64,000 nucleotides of DNA from Acidobacteriota bacterium (lineage in GTDB: Bacteria > Acidobacteriota > Terriglobia > Terriglobales > SCQP01), in the NCBI GenBank assembly GCA_021818955.1, contig JAKASR010000004.1:100365-164364 (forward strand). The letters are read 5' to 3'. Positions 45,367-55,500 of the stretch are shown here, in pieces. Below the pieces are notes generated by a model. It ran no database searches. It was given only the letters and a program-made list of their open reading frames with translations, and had not been told where the DNA came from. A program made the position numbers and the translations under genes. Each line of letters opens with the position of its first letter. The first letter of the stretch is position 1.

Positions 45367-46143
45367 TTATTTCAAGTCGCGGGTTTCCAATATCAAGCTG
45401 GCCAACCCCAGCAGGATCAGCATATAAAACGCCGCATACCCGGCGTTCCAGGCCAGCAGTTGTCCGGGCGGCGGCTGGAAATGCGACGCCGAGGTGGCGA
45501 GATTGAAATTGGAGAAGTTGGGCAGTAAATAATAGATGCCCAGCGCCAGCCAGCGTGTCGCCGCATGATGACTGGTCTCGCCCAGGCCGTGTAAATCGCG
45601 GGCAAAATTTCCGATCAGAAACAGCACCAGGCTGAAGGCCGCGGCCAGCACCGGAGAAGAAAAGCTGGAAAACAGCAGCGACAACGCGGTGAGCAGCCCC
45701 AGGGCAAAAAAGATATTCAGGCCGGCAATCAGCACCGCGCTCTCGCCCGGCTGCCAAAGCGAGTGCAGCCCGGCCAGGGCCACCAGTAGCGCCGCCAACA
45801 TCAGCGCCGTATTCAGCGCCAGCGCGGCCAGCAAACCGAAATATTTGCCGAAGATAAATTGGCGGCGGCTCAGGGGCCGGGCCAGCAGGGTATACAGCGT
45901 GCGGCGCTCAATTTCTTTGGCAACCAACTGGTTGCCGAGAAATACGGCGATGACCGCGCCGAAAAGCGTAATCGCAAACAATGAAAAATTGATGACGGCG
46001 GAAGCGGTATCGCCAAACGCCATCTGGCTGAAGAGCAGCGCGGCGCCGGCCAGCAGTACCGCGAATGCCACCAGCGACAGCAGGATGCGATCGCGGATGG
46101 CTTCGCGAAAGCTGTTGCGGGCGACGCTGAACACCGGGCTCAT
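45367..46143 (-). CDS. ABC-2 type transporter permease
   Basis: 258 aa with about 6 hydrophobic helices. ATGA overlap with the upstream ABC ATPase gene. Confidence 0.75.
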   Translation of the reverse strand: MSPVFSVARNSFREAIRDRILLSLVAFAVLLAGAALLFSQMAFGDTASAVINFSLFAITLFGAVIAVFLGNQLVAKEIERRTLYTLLARPLSRRQFIFGKYFGLLAALALNTALMLAALLVALAGLHSLWQPGESAVLIAGLNIFFALGLLTALSLLFSSFSSPVLAAAFSLVLFLIGNFARDLHGLGETSHHAATRWLALGIYYLLPNFSNFNLATSASHFQPPPGQLLAWNAGYAAFYMLILLGLASLILETRDLK

Positions 46144-47078
46144 GCGGGAGGCGCCTCGCGCGTTTCATCGCCGTCGGTGAAAAGATGTTCCAGCCCGCGG
46201 CGTCGTGGTTCAATGGCGAGCAGTTCCGCCCCCGCCGGCCGCAAGGCGCTCAGCAGATCCCAAACCTGGTTGCGCCCGACCCACGCGCGCGAAGATCCGT
46301 CCGGCAGCGGCTCCACTCCGGTCAGCGGCACCGCGAAGGGCCGCGGCGAACGCCAGCGCACTTCCAGTTGGTCGCTTTCCCCGCCTTCCTCCGCTGCCAT
46401 CGCGGTGAGCGCCGCCAGCGAGCCCAGGCGCCGCAGCCGGCCGCGTTTCAGGATTGCCACCCGGTCGCAGAGCTGTTCGGCGTCGCTGAGAATATGCGTC
46501 GAGAAAAAAATTGTGCGGCCGCGCCGCTTCAGGTCCAGAATCATTTCGCGCACCAGGCCGCGCCCGAGCGGATCGAGGCCGCTCATTGGTTCGTCCAGGA
46601 TCAGCAGCTCGGGATCGTGCAGGATCGCCTGCGCCAATCCGACCCGCTGCAGCATGCCTTTCGAGCACTTGCGCAAGGCCATGCCGGCATGCTCGGCCAT
46701 CTCCACCCGCTCCAGCGCGGCGGTCACCGCTTGTTCCAGATCGGGCCCCCGCAACCCGCTCAAACGGCCGTAGTATTCCAGCAGTTCGCGGCAGCTTAGA
46801 TATTCGTAAAAATAGGGATTTTCCGGCAAGTAGCCGATGCGCGCCAAGCGTTCTCCCGGCGCCGCGTCCAAGAGCCGCGCCGTGCCTGAACTGGGCCGGA
46901 TCAGGCCCATCAGCAGCTTCAGCGTGGTGGTTTTACCGGCGCCATTGGGTCCGAGAAATCCAAAGATTTCTCCCGCTTCAACCCGCAGCGTGAGATGGTC
47001 CAGGGCGCGGCGCGGACGGCGCACCCAAAATCCGGCGTAGTAATCCTTCGTCAATTCCTGGCACTCGATCACAGGCAT
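46140..47078 (-). CDS. ABC transporter ATP-binding protein
   Basis: Walker [10 protein letters not shown], signature-like [12 protein letters not shown], Walker [14 protein letters not shown]-loop STHIL. Confidence 0.9.
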   Translation of the reverse strand: MPVIECQELTKDYYAGFWVRRPRRALDHLTLRVEAGEIFGFLGPNGAGKTTTLKLLMGLIRPSSGTARLLDAAPGERLARIGYLPENPYFYEYLSCRELLEYYGRLSGLRGPDLEQAVTAALERVEMAEHAGMALRKCSKGMLQRVGLAQAILHDPELLILDEPMSGLDPLGRGLVREMILDLKRRGRTIFFSTHILSDAEQLCDRVAILKRGRLRRLGSLAALTAMAAEEGGESDQLEVRWRSPRPFAVPLTGVEPLPDGSSRAWVGRNQVWDLLSALRPAGAELLAIEPRRRGLEHLFTDGDETREAPPA

Positions 47079-47546
47079 AGCCGTTGGTGAGTAGTGACAG
47101 GCATTCTAGCATGCCCGCCTGCCTTCGCCAGATGTCCGGCCCGCGCGCCGCCGCGCCGCTTGCGCCATTCACCGACGAGGCGGCGGGTTTTGCCGAATTG
47201 GGCATGCGCCGGGCGCCGGGCTGGGGCGGAATGGTGGCATGGAACAACCCCGGCCAACGTCACTGGACGGCAGCGGCTCCGCCCCTCTTCGCGCCGCCTT
47301 CCCCCCGCCTCATGCCGGTAGGCTGACGGCATTGTTGGCCCTACCGGCGCTGTTTTCACTGCATTTCATCGCGCCGAATTGTATATGCTGGCTGGGGCAG
47401 GCGATTAGTGCTCTACTCGTCCCGTTTTGCCTTGGCCACGCCGCCCATGCCCTTTCGGCGGCAGAGTCGATGATCGGGCTGATGCAGTCCAGTTGGTTCT
47501 GGATCTTGGTTCACCTGGGTCTCAAATACGCATTCGGACGCAGCTT

Positions 47547-48605
47547 ATGAGCGATACTCCTGTAACTCCTTCCCCCGCCGCGCCGCCTCCTCCCCAGCGC
47601 TGGCATGCGCTCATTCCCGGACTGTTTGCGCTGGGTCTGGGCCTGTTCTTTCTGTCGCACACGCTGGGTTGGCTCGCCACGCCCTGGCGCTATCTGCCGC
47701 TCTGGCCCTGGGCCTTCATCGTGCTCATTGGCTTGCTGAAGATGAGCCGCGGCAACGCCCACGACGTAATCGTCGGGCTGCTGATCAGCCTCTTTGGCGG
47801 AGCCTTGATCATGCAAACCCTGGGCTACTGGCACGACATCTGGCGCTTCTGGCCGGTGCTATTAATTGCCGCCGGCGTCTTGTTGCTGGTTGAGGCCAAT
47901 CAATATCGCGGCGGAAACACTCCGGTTCCAGCCAGCTATTCCGGTTGTTATAACCATGCCGCCTGGCGCGCGCAACGTCGAGCCTGGCGCGAGCAGCGCC
48001 GCGCGGCCTGGCGGGCTCAGTGGCAACGTGATTGGAACCGTCGCTTCTCTGCTTCCGCGTGGCCCACTGGCGCCACCGTCAATGCCACTGCCAATCCAGC
48101 CTCGCGGGAGAACACGGCCGGCAATCCCGCGGCTGAGCCGGACGCCACGGCCGGCAATCCCGCGGCTGAGCCGGACGCCACGGCCGGCAATCCTCCGGAT
48201 TCGGCTTATTTCATGCCCGCCGCCGGCCCGCACGCCGCGGCGGATTCCATCGACGACGACGCCGGGTGGCTGCACATGGAAGCCTACTTCAGCGAAAACA
48301 AGCGCCGCGTCGTCACGCCCGGCTTTCGCGCCGGCCACATTGTCGCCGTCTTTGGCGCCTGTAGACTCGACCTGCGGGCGGCGCCTCAACCCCCGGGGAC
48401 CAAGCTCTTGATCGAGGCCAACGTGGTTTTTGGCGAAATTCAGATTTACGTTCCCAGCCATTGGAAAGTCAGCGTTCGCGGCGCGGGCATCTTCGGTAAC
48501 TTTCAAGATGATACTTTGCCGCCGGTCACGCCGCTCGCCTCCAGCGACATTCGCCTGGAAGTGTACGGCACGTCCGCATTTGGCCAGGTTTCGGTCCGCA
48601 ATTAA
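47547..48605 (+). CDS. LiaF-like membrane protein (N-terminal 4-TM region, C-terminal DUF2154/LiaF-type beta domain)
   Basis: Start moved to ATG 47547. TM block ALIPGLFALGLGLFFLSH...WPVLLIAAGVLLLVE. Arg/Trp/Gln-rich linker. C-terminal VVFGEIQIYVPSHWKVSVRGAGIFGNFQDD...LEVYGTSAFGQVSV resembles the LiaF C-terminal domain. This assignment is from memory of the pattern only. Confidence 0.6.
   Translation: MSDTPVTPSPAAPPPPQRWHALIPGLFALGLGLFFLSHTLGWLATPWRYLPLWPWAFIVLIGLLKMSRGNAHDVIVGLLISLFGGALIMQTLGYWHDIWRFWPVLLIAAGVLLLVEANQYRGGNTPVPASYSGCYNHAAWRAQRRAWREQRRAAWRAQWQRDWNRRFSASAWPTGATVNATANPASRENTAGNPAAEPDATAGNPAAEPDATAGNPPDSAYFMPAAGPHAAADSIDDDAGWLHMEAYFSENKRRVVTPGFRAGHIVAVFGACRLDLRAAPQPPGTKLLIEANVVFGEIQIYVPSHWKVSVRGAGIFGNFQDDTLPPVTPLASSDIRLEVYGTSAFGQVSVRN
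48114..48193. repeat. 33-bp in-frame tandem repeat (about 2.4 units) inside the LiaF-like gene
   Basis: ACGGCCGGCAATCCCGCGGCTGAGCCGGACGCC at 48114-48146 and 48147-48179, with a partial third unit to 48193. Encodes TAGNPAAEPDA repeats. Confidence 0.9.
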
Positions 48606-48659
48606 CGCTGCGATCGGGAATCGAGGGCCGTTAACACCCGCCATGAATTGACAGACCTG

Positions 48660-49784
48660 ATGAAACCCGCCGCCCGATTGGAAATATCCGCCGGCGCCGG
48701 CCTTTGGCCGGCATGGGCCCGCCGCCGTCCCGGGGTGACCCAAGTCATTGCCCTGGCGGCGTTGACCGGATTTATTTGGGAATTGTGGATCGCCATCATC
48801 CATCTCCATCCGCCGGCGCACTCGATGGCAGCTTACTGGATCGGACTGCCGCTGGCGCTGATCTATGCCCTGGTGCTGGTCAATGTACGCTGGCTCTGCC
48901 GGGCATTTCCGCTGCGCGCCGGAAAAATTCGCCGCGCTTTATGGGTGCAGCTCCAGGCGGCTCTGGTGCTGGCCGTGGCCTGGAGTTGGGGCGCGGGTCT
49001 GGTCATGGCGCATTGGGCGCCGCAAGCTGCCGCCGCCGCTCATTGGCTGATGCTGGTCAGCCTCGGACTTTATGCTTTAACCGTCGCCATAATCTACGCT
49101 GTGGAAACCTGGCAAGCGGCGCAACAGGCGGAGCGCGATGCCGCGCAAGCCAAAGTCACCGCCCGCGAAGCCGAATTACGCGCCTTGCGCGCCCAATTAA
49201 ACCCCCACTTTTTGTTCAATAGCCTGCACTCCATCGGCGCCCTGGCCGGCTCCGATCCGGCCGGCGCCCGCGAAATGTGCCTGCATTTATCCGAACTGTA
49301 CCGGCTCACCTTGGGACTGGCGCTGCGCGAATCCATTCCCCTGGAGCAGGAACTAGCCATGCTGCGCGCCTATGTGGCGGTCGAAGCGGTGCGCTTCGGG
49401 CGCCGCCTGGTCTATCAGCAGGACGTTCCCGGCGACCTGTTGCGCCTGAGCTTGCCTTCGCTATTGCTGCAGCCGCTAGTGGAAAACGCCATCAAGCACG
49501 GCATCGCCGGGCTGACCGGACCGGGCATCCTGCGGCTTGAAGCCCGGCGTGTGGATAACCGCCTGTGGTTGACCCTGATCAACGATTACGATCCCGAATC
49601 GCCCTCCCCGGCTTCCAACGGACATGGGCTGGAAAATATCCGCCAGCGCCTGGCGGTGCACTATGGCGCCGGACAGCCGGCCCGGCTCTGGTTGGAACGC
49701 AAGGGTGGCCAATTTCTTGCTCGCCTGGAATTGCCTGCCGCCACTTTTTCCGAGCCGCTGGCTGCGCCCGCTTTGGAGGCTTGA
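48660..49784 (+). CDS. LytS/YehU-type sensor histidine kinase
   Basis: Multi-TM N-terminus. His_kinase motif LNPHFLFNSLHSI. HATPase_c motifs LLLQPLVENAIKHG and GHGLENIRQRL. ATG 48660 is preferred over the TTG at 48648, but the start is uncertain. Confidence 0.85.
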   Translation: MKPAARLEISAGAGLWPAWARRRPGVTQVIALAALTGFIWELWIAIIHLHPPAHSMAAYWIGLPLALIYALVLVNVRWLCRAFPLRAGKIRRALWVQLQAALVLAVAWSWGAGLVMAHWAPQAAAAAHWLMLVSLGLYALTVAIIYAVETWQAAQQAERDAAQAKVTAREAELRALRAQLNPHFLFNSLHSIGALAGSDPAGAREMCLHLSELYRLTLGLALRESIPLEQELAMLRAYVAVEAVRFGRRLVYQQDVPGDLLRLSLPSLLLQPLVENAIKHGIAGLTGPGILRLEARRVDNRLWLTLINDYDPESPSPASNGHGLENIRQRLAVHYGAGQPARLWLERKGGQFLARLELPAATFSEPLAAPALEA

Positions 49785-49790
49785 GCGCTC

Positions 49791-50573
49791 ATGCCGATAC
49801 GCGTGTTGATTGCCGATGACGAGGATCTGGCACGGCGCCTGCTGCGCGAATTTCTGGCCCCTCTGCCCGATGCCGAAGTGGTTGGCGAGGTGGCGGATGG
49901 GTTCAGCGCCGTCAAAGCCATCGCCGAACTCAAGCCTGGAGTGCTCTTTCTGGATGTCCAGATGCCCAAGCTCAACGGCTTCGAGGTGCTGGAGTTGGTG
50001 GAGCCGGCAGCCGATGACCTGGAGCCGCGGCCGGCGGTGATCTTCACCACCGCCTATGATCAATACGCCTTGCGCGCCTTTGATGCGCACGCGGTGGATT
50101 ACCTGCTCAAGCCTTTCAGCCAGGAACGTTTTCTCGCCGCCTGGGATCGCACCCGGCGGCAGTTGCAGGTGGGTGCGCCCGCCGCCCCGCCCGCCTCGAG
50201 CGGCGCCGCGCTCGCCTCGCTGGCCGGTCAGGCGCAATCGCAGCCGCTCTCCCGCCTGGTGGTCAAAGACGGGCCGCGTATCGCCCTCGTGCCGCTCGAT
50301 CAGTTGCTGGCGATTGAAGCCCAGGACGACTATGTCGCGCTCCATACCGCCGAACGGAGTTGGCTGAAAAAACAAACCATCGCCGGCCTGGAGGCTCGGC
50401 TCGATCCGGCCCGCTTTCTGCGCGTGCACCGCGGCTGGATCGTCAACCTGGCCGCGATCGCGCGCCTGGAGCCATTGGCCAAAGATCGTTTTGTGCTGCT
50501 GCTCGCCGGCGGACGCCGCGTCCCGGTCAGCCGCGCCGGTTATGACCGCTTGAAGAAAATCCTAGCCGGTTAA
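49791..50573 (+). CDS. LytTR-family response regulator
   Basis: REC domain (VLIADDEDLARRLL, FLDVQMPKLNG, DYLLKP) plus a C-terminal LytTR DNA-binding domain (IEAQDDYVALHT...FLRVHRGWIVNL). Confidence 0.9.
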   Translation: MPIRVLIADDEDLARRLLREFLAPLPDAEVVGEVADGFSAVKAIAELKPGVLFLDVQMPKLNGFEVLELVEPAADDLEPRPAVIFTTAYDQYALRAFDAHAVDYLLKPFSQERFLAAWDRTRRQLQVGAPAAPPASSGAALASLAGQAQSQPLSRLVVKDGPRIALVPLDQLLAIEAQDDYVALHTAERSWLKKQTIAGLEARLDPARFLRVHRGWIVNLAAIARLEPLAKDRFVLLLAGGRRVPVSRAGYDRLKKILAG

Positions 50574-52126
50574 AGCCGCCGCGCCTTTCTTTTTCTCTCT
50601 TTTTCAGCCAGTCGTTCCACCAGGCGCAAGTTGGCAATCGCATCTTCCGGCCGGCTGCGCGGGTTCATGATGACCATGCGCAAAACCCGCTCCCCTTCCA
50701 GCTCAGTCGAGCTGAGATAGCCTTCGCCGCTGCCGTTAACCGCCTCCTCCAGCGCGAGATGCAGCCGGTTGGAAGCGGCCGGGTCGCGTGGCCGGCGGCG
50801 CAGGCGAAAGCAGAAAATATTGGCGGCCGGCCGGTGCGCCGGCTCTAAATTTTCCGAGGCCAGGCAGTAAGCGTGCGCGGCCGCGGCTACGGCGCAGACG
50901 CGCTCCGTCAGTTGGCCGAAATAAGCTTCCCCATACGCGCGCAGCGCGATCCAGACCTTGAGCGATTCGAAGCGTTGCGAGCAGGCGATCGTAAAGCGCC
51001 CCAGATCGGGAACTTCGCGCGGCAGCGCGCTGAACAGATAAGGCGCGTCCTGCTCGAAAGCGCGCCGCAGCGCATTGCCGTCGCGCACCAGCACATAACC
51101 GGCGCTGAGCGGCATGAACATCATTTTATGAGGATCGAAGGTGATGGAATCCGCCTGCGCAATGCCGCGCAACAGACGCCGGTATTGCGGGCTGAGGATC
51201 ATGCCCCCGCCATGCGCCGCATCCACGTGAAACCAGGCGCCGGCGGCGCGCGCTAAAGCCGCCAGGGCTTCCAGATCATCAAAGCTGGATGTCGGCGTCG
51301 AGCCGCTGGTGCCCGCCAGGATGAAACGCCGATATCCGGCGCGGCGGGCGGCGCGCAATGCCGCCGGCACCGCTGCGGGATCGGTGCGGCGTTCGCGATC
51401 GAGCGCGATGCTGAAAACCGACTGCGTGCCCAGCCCGAGAATGCCGGCGGCGCGGCGCAGCGAATAATGCGCCTGCTCGCCGCAAAGCACGGCAAGGCGC
51501 GCCTGTCCCCGCCGCCAGGCTTGCGGCGCGAGCGCGGCGCGGGCCGCCAGCAGCGCGGTCAGATTGGCAAAGCTGCCGCCGGGTACAAAGCTGCCTTCGG
51601 CGCCCGCCGGGTAGCCAAACCATTGCTTGAACCGCCCCGCCAGTTCGCGGTCGAGCAGAGTGCCGGCGGGCGACATGCGCCATACCGCCAGGCTTTGGTT
51701 CATGGCGGCAACCACGCTTTCCACCAGCGCCGCCGCCGGCAGTGGCGCCGCGACCTGCTGCGCCATATAGCGGGGATGGCAAAGATGCAGGCTGGCGGCG
51801 CGCACTTCTTCGACGATCGCGCCAATCTCGCTCGCATGGAATTTGCGTCCCAGCAGCCGCCGGGTGCGGAGCTGAAAATCGGGGGCGCGCACCGGGCCGC
51901 GCCTGCGGGTCAGTTCATCCACTGCCATCTCGGCCAACTCTTTGGCCAGGCGGCGCAGTGGCGCTACATTCCAGGCTTCCTCCTGCGCCCATTCCGCGGC
52001 TTGGCCTCGTCGTTGTTCGGCGGATGACGTTTTTTTCGGCAAGCACTGGACTCCGGAAACGGCTGGAACTTTCAGCATAACGCTCGATGCGCGCCCGCCC
52101 CTCAACGCCGCAGTGGTTCTCTTCAT
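50570..52126 (-). CDS. pyridoxal phosphate-dependent group II decarboxylase family protein
   Basis: PLP-lysine motif SITFDPHKMMFMP, WFHVDAAHGG, and fold-type I length. The N-terminal start is uncertain. Confidence 0.8.
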   Translation of the reverse strand: MKRTTAALRGGRASSVMLKVPAVSGVQCLPKKTSSAEQRRGQAAEWAQEEAWNVAPLRRLAKELAEMAVDELTRRRGPVRAPDFQLRTRRLLGRKFHASEIGAIVEEVRAASLHLCHPRYMAQQVAAPLPAAALVESVVAAMNQSLAVWRMSPAGTLLDRELAGRFKQWFGYPAGAEGSFVPGGSFANLTALLAARAALAPQAWRRGQARLAVLCGEQAHYSLRRAAGILGLGTQSVFSIALDRERRTDPAAVPAALRAARRAGYRRFILAGTSGSTPTSSFDDLEALAALARAAGAWFHVDAAHGGGMILSPQYRRLLRGIAQADSITFDPHKMMFMPLSAGYVLVRDGNALRRAFEQDAPYLFSALPREVPDLGRFTIACSQRFESLKVWIALRAYGEAYFGQLTERVCAVAAAAHAYCLASENLEPAHRPAANIFCFRLRRRPRDPAASNRLHLALEEAVNGSGEGYLSSTELEGERVLRMVIMNPRSRPEDAIANLRLVERLAEKERKRKARRL

Positions 52127-52142
52127 CGGGTAATGGCTGGAG

Positions 52143-52541
52143 TCAGCGCGATCTCAGCCGCATGTAGGTCACCTGCGCGACCGCCGTCATCGCGCCTTGC
52201 GCATCGCGCAACTCCACCGCCACCGGGCAAAGCGTTTTCCCATACTTGATCACGCGCGCTTCGGCGCTGGCGTCGGAGCGGCAGGCGGCGAGGAAGCGAA
52301 TATTCATGTCGGTAGTGGTGATGGCGGCATCGGCGCCGGCCAGGGTTAAAACCGCAACGCAGGCGGCGGTATCGGCCAGGGTCATCAGCAGCCCGCCATG
52401 AAATGACTCGAAAATTCCGTCATAGGCGCGGTCGTAAGGCGCCACCAGCGTGGCGGCGCCCTCGCCGGCCGAACGCAGTTGGAGCCGCAACGCCTGGAAA
52501 ATGGGAATGCGCGCCAGCCGAGCTTCGAGCGCTGGAGTCAT
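52143..52541 (-). CDS. PaaI-family hotdog-fold thioesterase
   Basis: 132 aa. FHGGLLMTLADTA core motif and a typical hotdog C-terminal strand pattern. Confidence 0.75.
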   Translation of the reverse strand: MTPALEARLARIPIFQALRLQLRSAGEGAATLVAPYDRAYDGIFESFHGGLLMTLADTAACVAVLTLAGADAAITTTDMNIRFLAACRSDASAEARVIKYGKTLCPVAVELRDAQGAMTAVAQVTYMRLRSR

Positions 52542-52580
52542 GTTGTCGTCTTCTCCGCGGTAATCCCGCCCTATTGTTGG

Positions 52581-55500
52581 TTAATGCCTTGCTGTCTGCG
52601 GCATGTTCTGCCCGGCGCGCCGCGCGGCAGATGGCGCCGGCGTTGCCAATTTCTCAATGGCCTGCCAGTTTCGCTCGTTGCTCGCCAGCAAAGCCTGGGC
52701 GCGGCGCCAGGCCCAGATGAGTTGCGCGGTGGGCGCGCGGTCGGCGCTATTGACGCCATAGCTGATCTGCTGCAGCAGGCCTTGGACATAGCGAAGGCTG
52801 GAGGTGTCGCTGGAAGGCCCGCCCTCGCCGGAATAATCCGGGCCCAACCGCACTGGCGTGGGTCCCAGCAGCGTCTGCAGCCGCGTCGCCAGGCGCCGCA
52901 CCCCGCCGGCGGTGGCAGTCGATGCTTGGGCGAACTTTTCCTGTTTCGTTAATCGGCGTTCCAGGGCGCTGGCCTCGTGGAATATGCGTCCGGCGCGGGC
53001 AGAAGCCAACTGCACCTCGAGCGCGAGGTGCAGTTGGCGCTCCAGCGCCCGCTGCGTCACATGCACTCGCGGATCCATTTTCAACTGGAATGGCCGGCGG
53101 TATTTTTTCCCATTCATGGTCAGCGTGACGGTATAGCGGCCGGGCACGGCCCAGGGGCCGCCGCCGAAGAAAGCGGCAAACATGGCCCGCCGTCCGTGCA
53201 GTGCGGGCGCGGCATAGTGCAGGTCCCAAATCCAGCGGTGCATGCCGGCGGCGGCGGATAGCACAGGCGCGGGATGGATCCAGTACATGGGAATATCGAG
53301 CTTGCGCGGATTCACCGCCGGGTGATGCTCGCTGCTGGAATAGCGCCGCACCAGCCGGCCCGAGGCGTCGCGCACTGAAAGCGTTACCGGCGCCCGCGCC
53401 GGCCGCGCCAGATAGTAATCGAAGATGGCTCCGGTCGGCGCGGCTTGGCCCGCTGGCGTTTCCGGCGGCAGCGGCGTGCCTTTCTCATTGCCGGGGCGAA
53501 CCCGCCACGCCACCTCGGGGGGAAACAGGTGCGCCGGCGCCGAAGCCAGCGCCGCGCTCAGATGGCGCAGCGGCGTCATATCGTCCATCACCCACACCGA
53601 ACGCCCGTGCGTGGCGGCGATCAAATCGTTGTCGCGCACCACCAGTTCCCGCACTGAGCTGACCGGCAGATTGAGCTGCAGCGATTGCCAGTGATCGCCG
53701 GCGTCAAACGAGACATACACCCCCAGCTCCGTGCCGGCGTAGAGCAATCCCGGGCGGCGGGGATCCTCGGTTATCGCGTTCACATACGCGCCCTGGGGAA
53801 TGCCGCTGGTGATTTTTTGCCAGCTTCGCCCGCCGTCGCGGGTGCGGTAAAGGTAAGGGGCGAAATCGTCGAGCCGATGCCGGTCCACGGCCGCATAAGC
53901 GGCTTGGACGGAAAAGTGGGAAGCCGCGATTTCTGCAACCTTGCTCCAGCCGGACAGTCCTGCCGGAGTGACGTTATGCCAGGTCTTGCCATTGTCGCGG
54001 GTAAATTGGATATTGCCATCGTCGGTGCCCACCCAAACCGTGGCCGCGTTCAAGGGCGAGGGCGCAATGCAGTAAATGACGCCCTTCCGCGCGCCGCCCC
54101 AGCCGTCGCGCGCGGTCACGGGATCGAGTGTCGCGGGCACGCCGGGATTCCGGCGTGTGAGGTCGGGGCTGATCCGCCGCCAGGAATTGCCGCCATCGTC
54201 GGTGAGAAACAGATATTGGTTGGCAAAATACAATTCCGCCGGGTTGGCGGGCGAGAAGACCAGCGGCAGGGTCCAATCGTGCCGGAACGTGTGCGGGCGT
54301 CCCACCAGGGGCGAAACGCTGGCGCTTTCGCCGGTGCGCTGGTTATAGCGGGTCACGCCGCCGCCAAAGAGGATTTCGGGATTCCGCGGATCGGGCGTCA
54401 CCATCCCGCTTTCGCCGCCGGCCGCGATCGGATGCCAGGCGAGATCGCTGATCTTGCCGTAGATGCTGCCGCTGGCCACCGCCATCGCGCCGCTGTCCTG
54501 CTGCGCTCCATAGAGCCAGTAGGGAAAGCGGTTGTCGGCGGTGAGGTGATAAATCTGCGCGGTGGGCTGGTTGTACCAGGAACTCCAGGTGCGGCCGCCG
54601 TTGAGCGAAATCACCACCCCCTGATCGCTTGCCAGAATGATGCGCCGGGGATGATGCGGGGCGATCCAGACGCTGTGGTAATCGTCGCCCCCGGGCGCGC
54701 CTTTGATCGCCACGAAACTCTGGCCTCCGTTCACCGAGCGGTAGGTGGAGGTGTTGGCGATATAGACGACGTTGGCGTTGAGGGGATCCACCGTCACGCC
54801 GCCGAAGTACCAGCCCCGTCCCCAGATCCGCGGCTCGTTGTCCACCAGGTGAAAGCTGTCGCCGCCATCGTCGGAGCGGTAAAGTCCGCCGCGGCGGGCG
54901 TCCACCAGCGCATAAACGCGCCGCGGATTGCTGGGCGCGACGGCGATGCCGATTCGTCCCAGCCCGGCGCGGGGTAACCCTTGCGTGAGCCGTTGCCAGG
55001 TGCGGCCGCCGTCGCGCGAGCGGTACAGCCCGCTGCCCGGCCCGCTCGAAGGCGGATATACGTTCCACGGCGGCCGCCGCGTCTGCCAGAGCGCGGCATA
55101 CAGCGTCCGTGGATTGCCCGGCTCAAAGGCCAGCGCGATCGCTCCGGTATTCGGGTTCTTGTATAAAATCTTCCGCCAGCTTCGCCCGCCGTCGCGGCTC
55201 TCGAACACCCCGCGCTCGGCATTGGGGCCGTAAGCGTGGCCGAGCGCGGCCACATAAACGTGGTTGGCGTCGCGCGGCGAAATCAGAATCGCGCCAATAT
55301 GGCGGGTGTCGGTCAACCCCTCATGCCGCCAGGTTTTGCCGCCATCGCTGGATTTCCAAACCCCATCGCCATAGCTGATGTCCGAGCGCATGTCGGCTTC
55401 GCCGGTGCCCACATAAATCACCTTGGGATTGGACGGCGCAATGGCGAGGGCGCCAATCGAGGCAATCGGCTCATTGAAAATCGGCTGCCAGGTGTTGCCG

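Noticed and set aside
53685-54977. 430-aa plus-strand ORF inside the BNR-repeat gene region
   Set aside because: It is antisense to a gene with more than ten regularly spaced Asp-box motifs. The composition is Gly/Ala/Arg/Val-rich and lacks motifs, so it is a shadow ORF.
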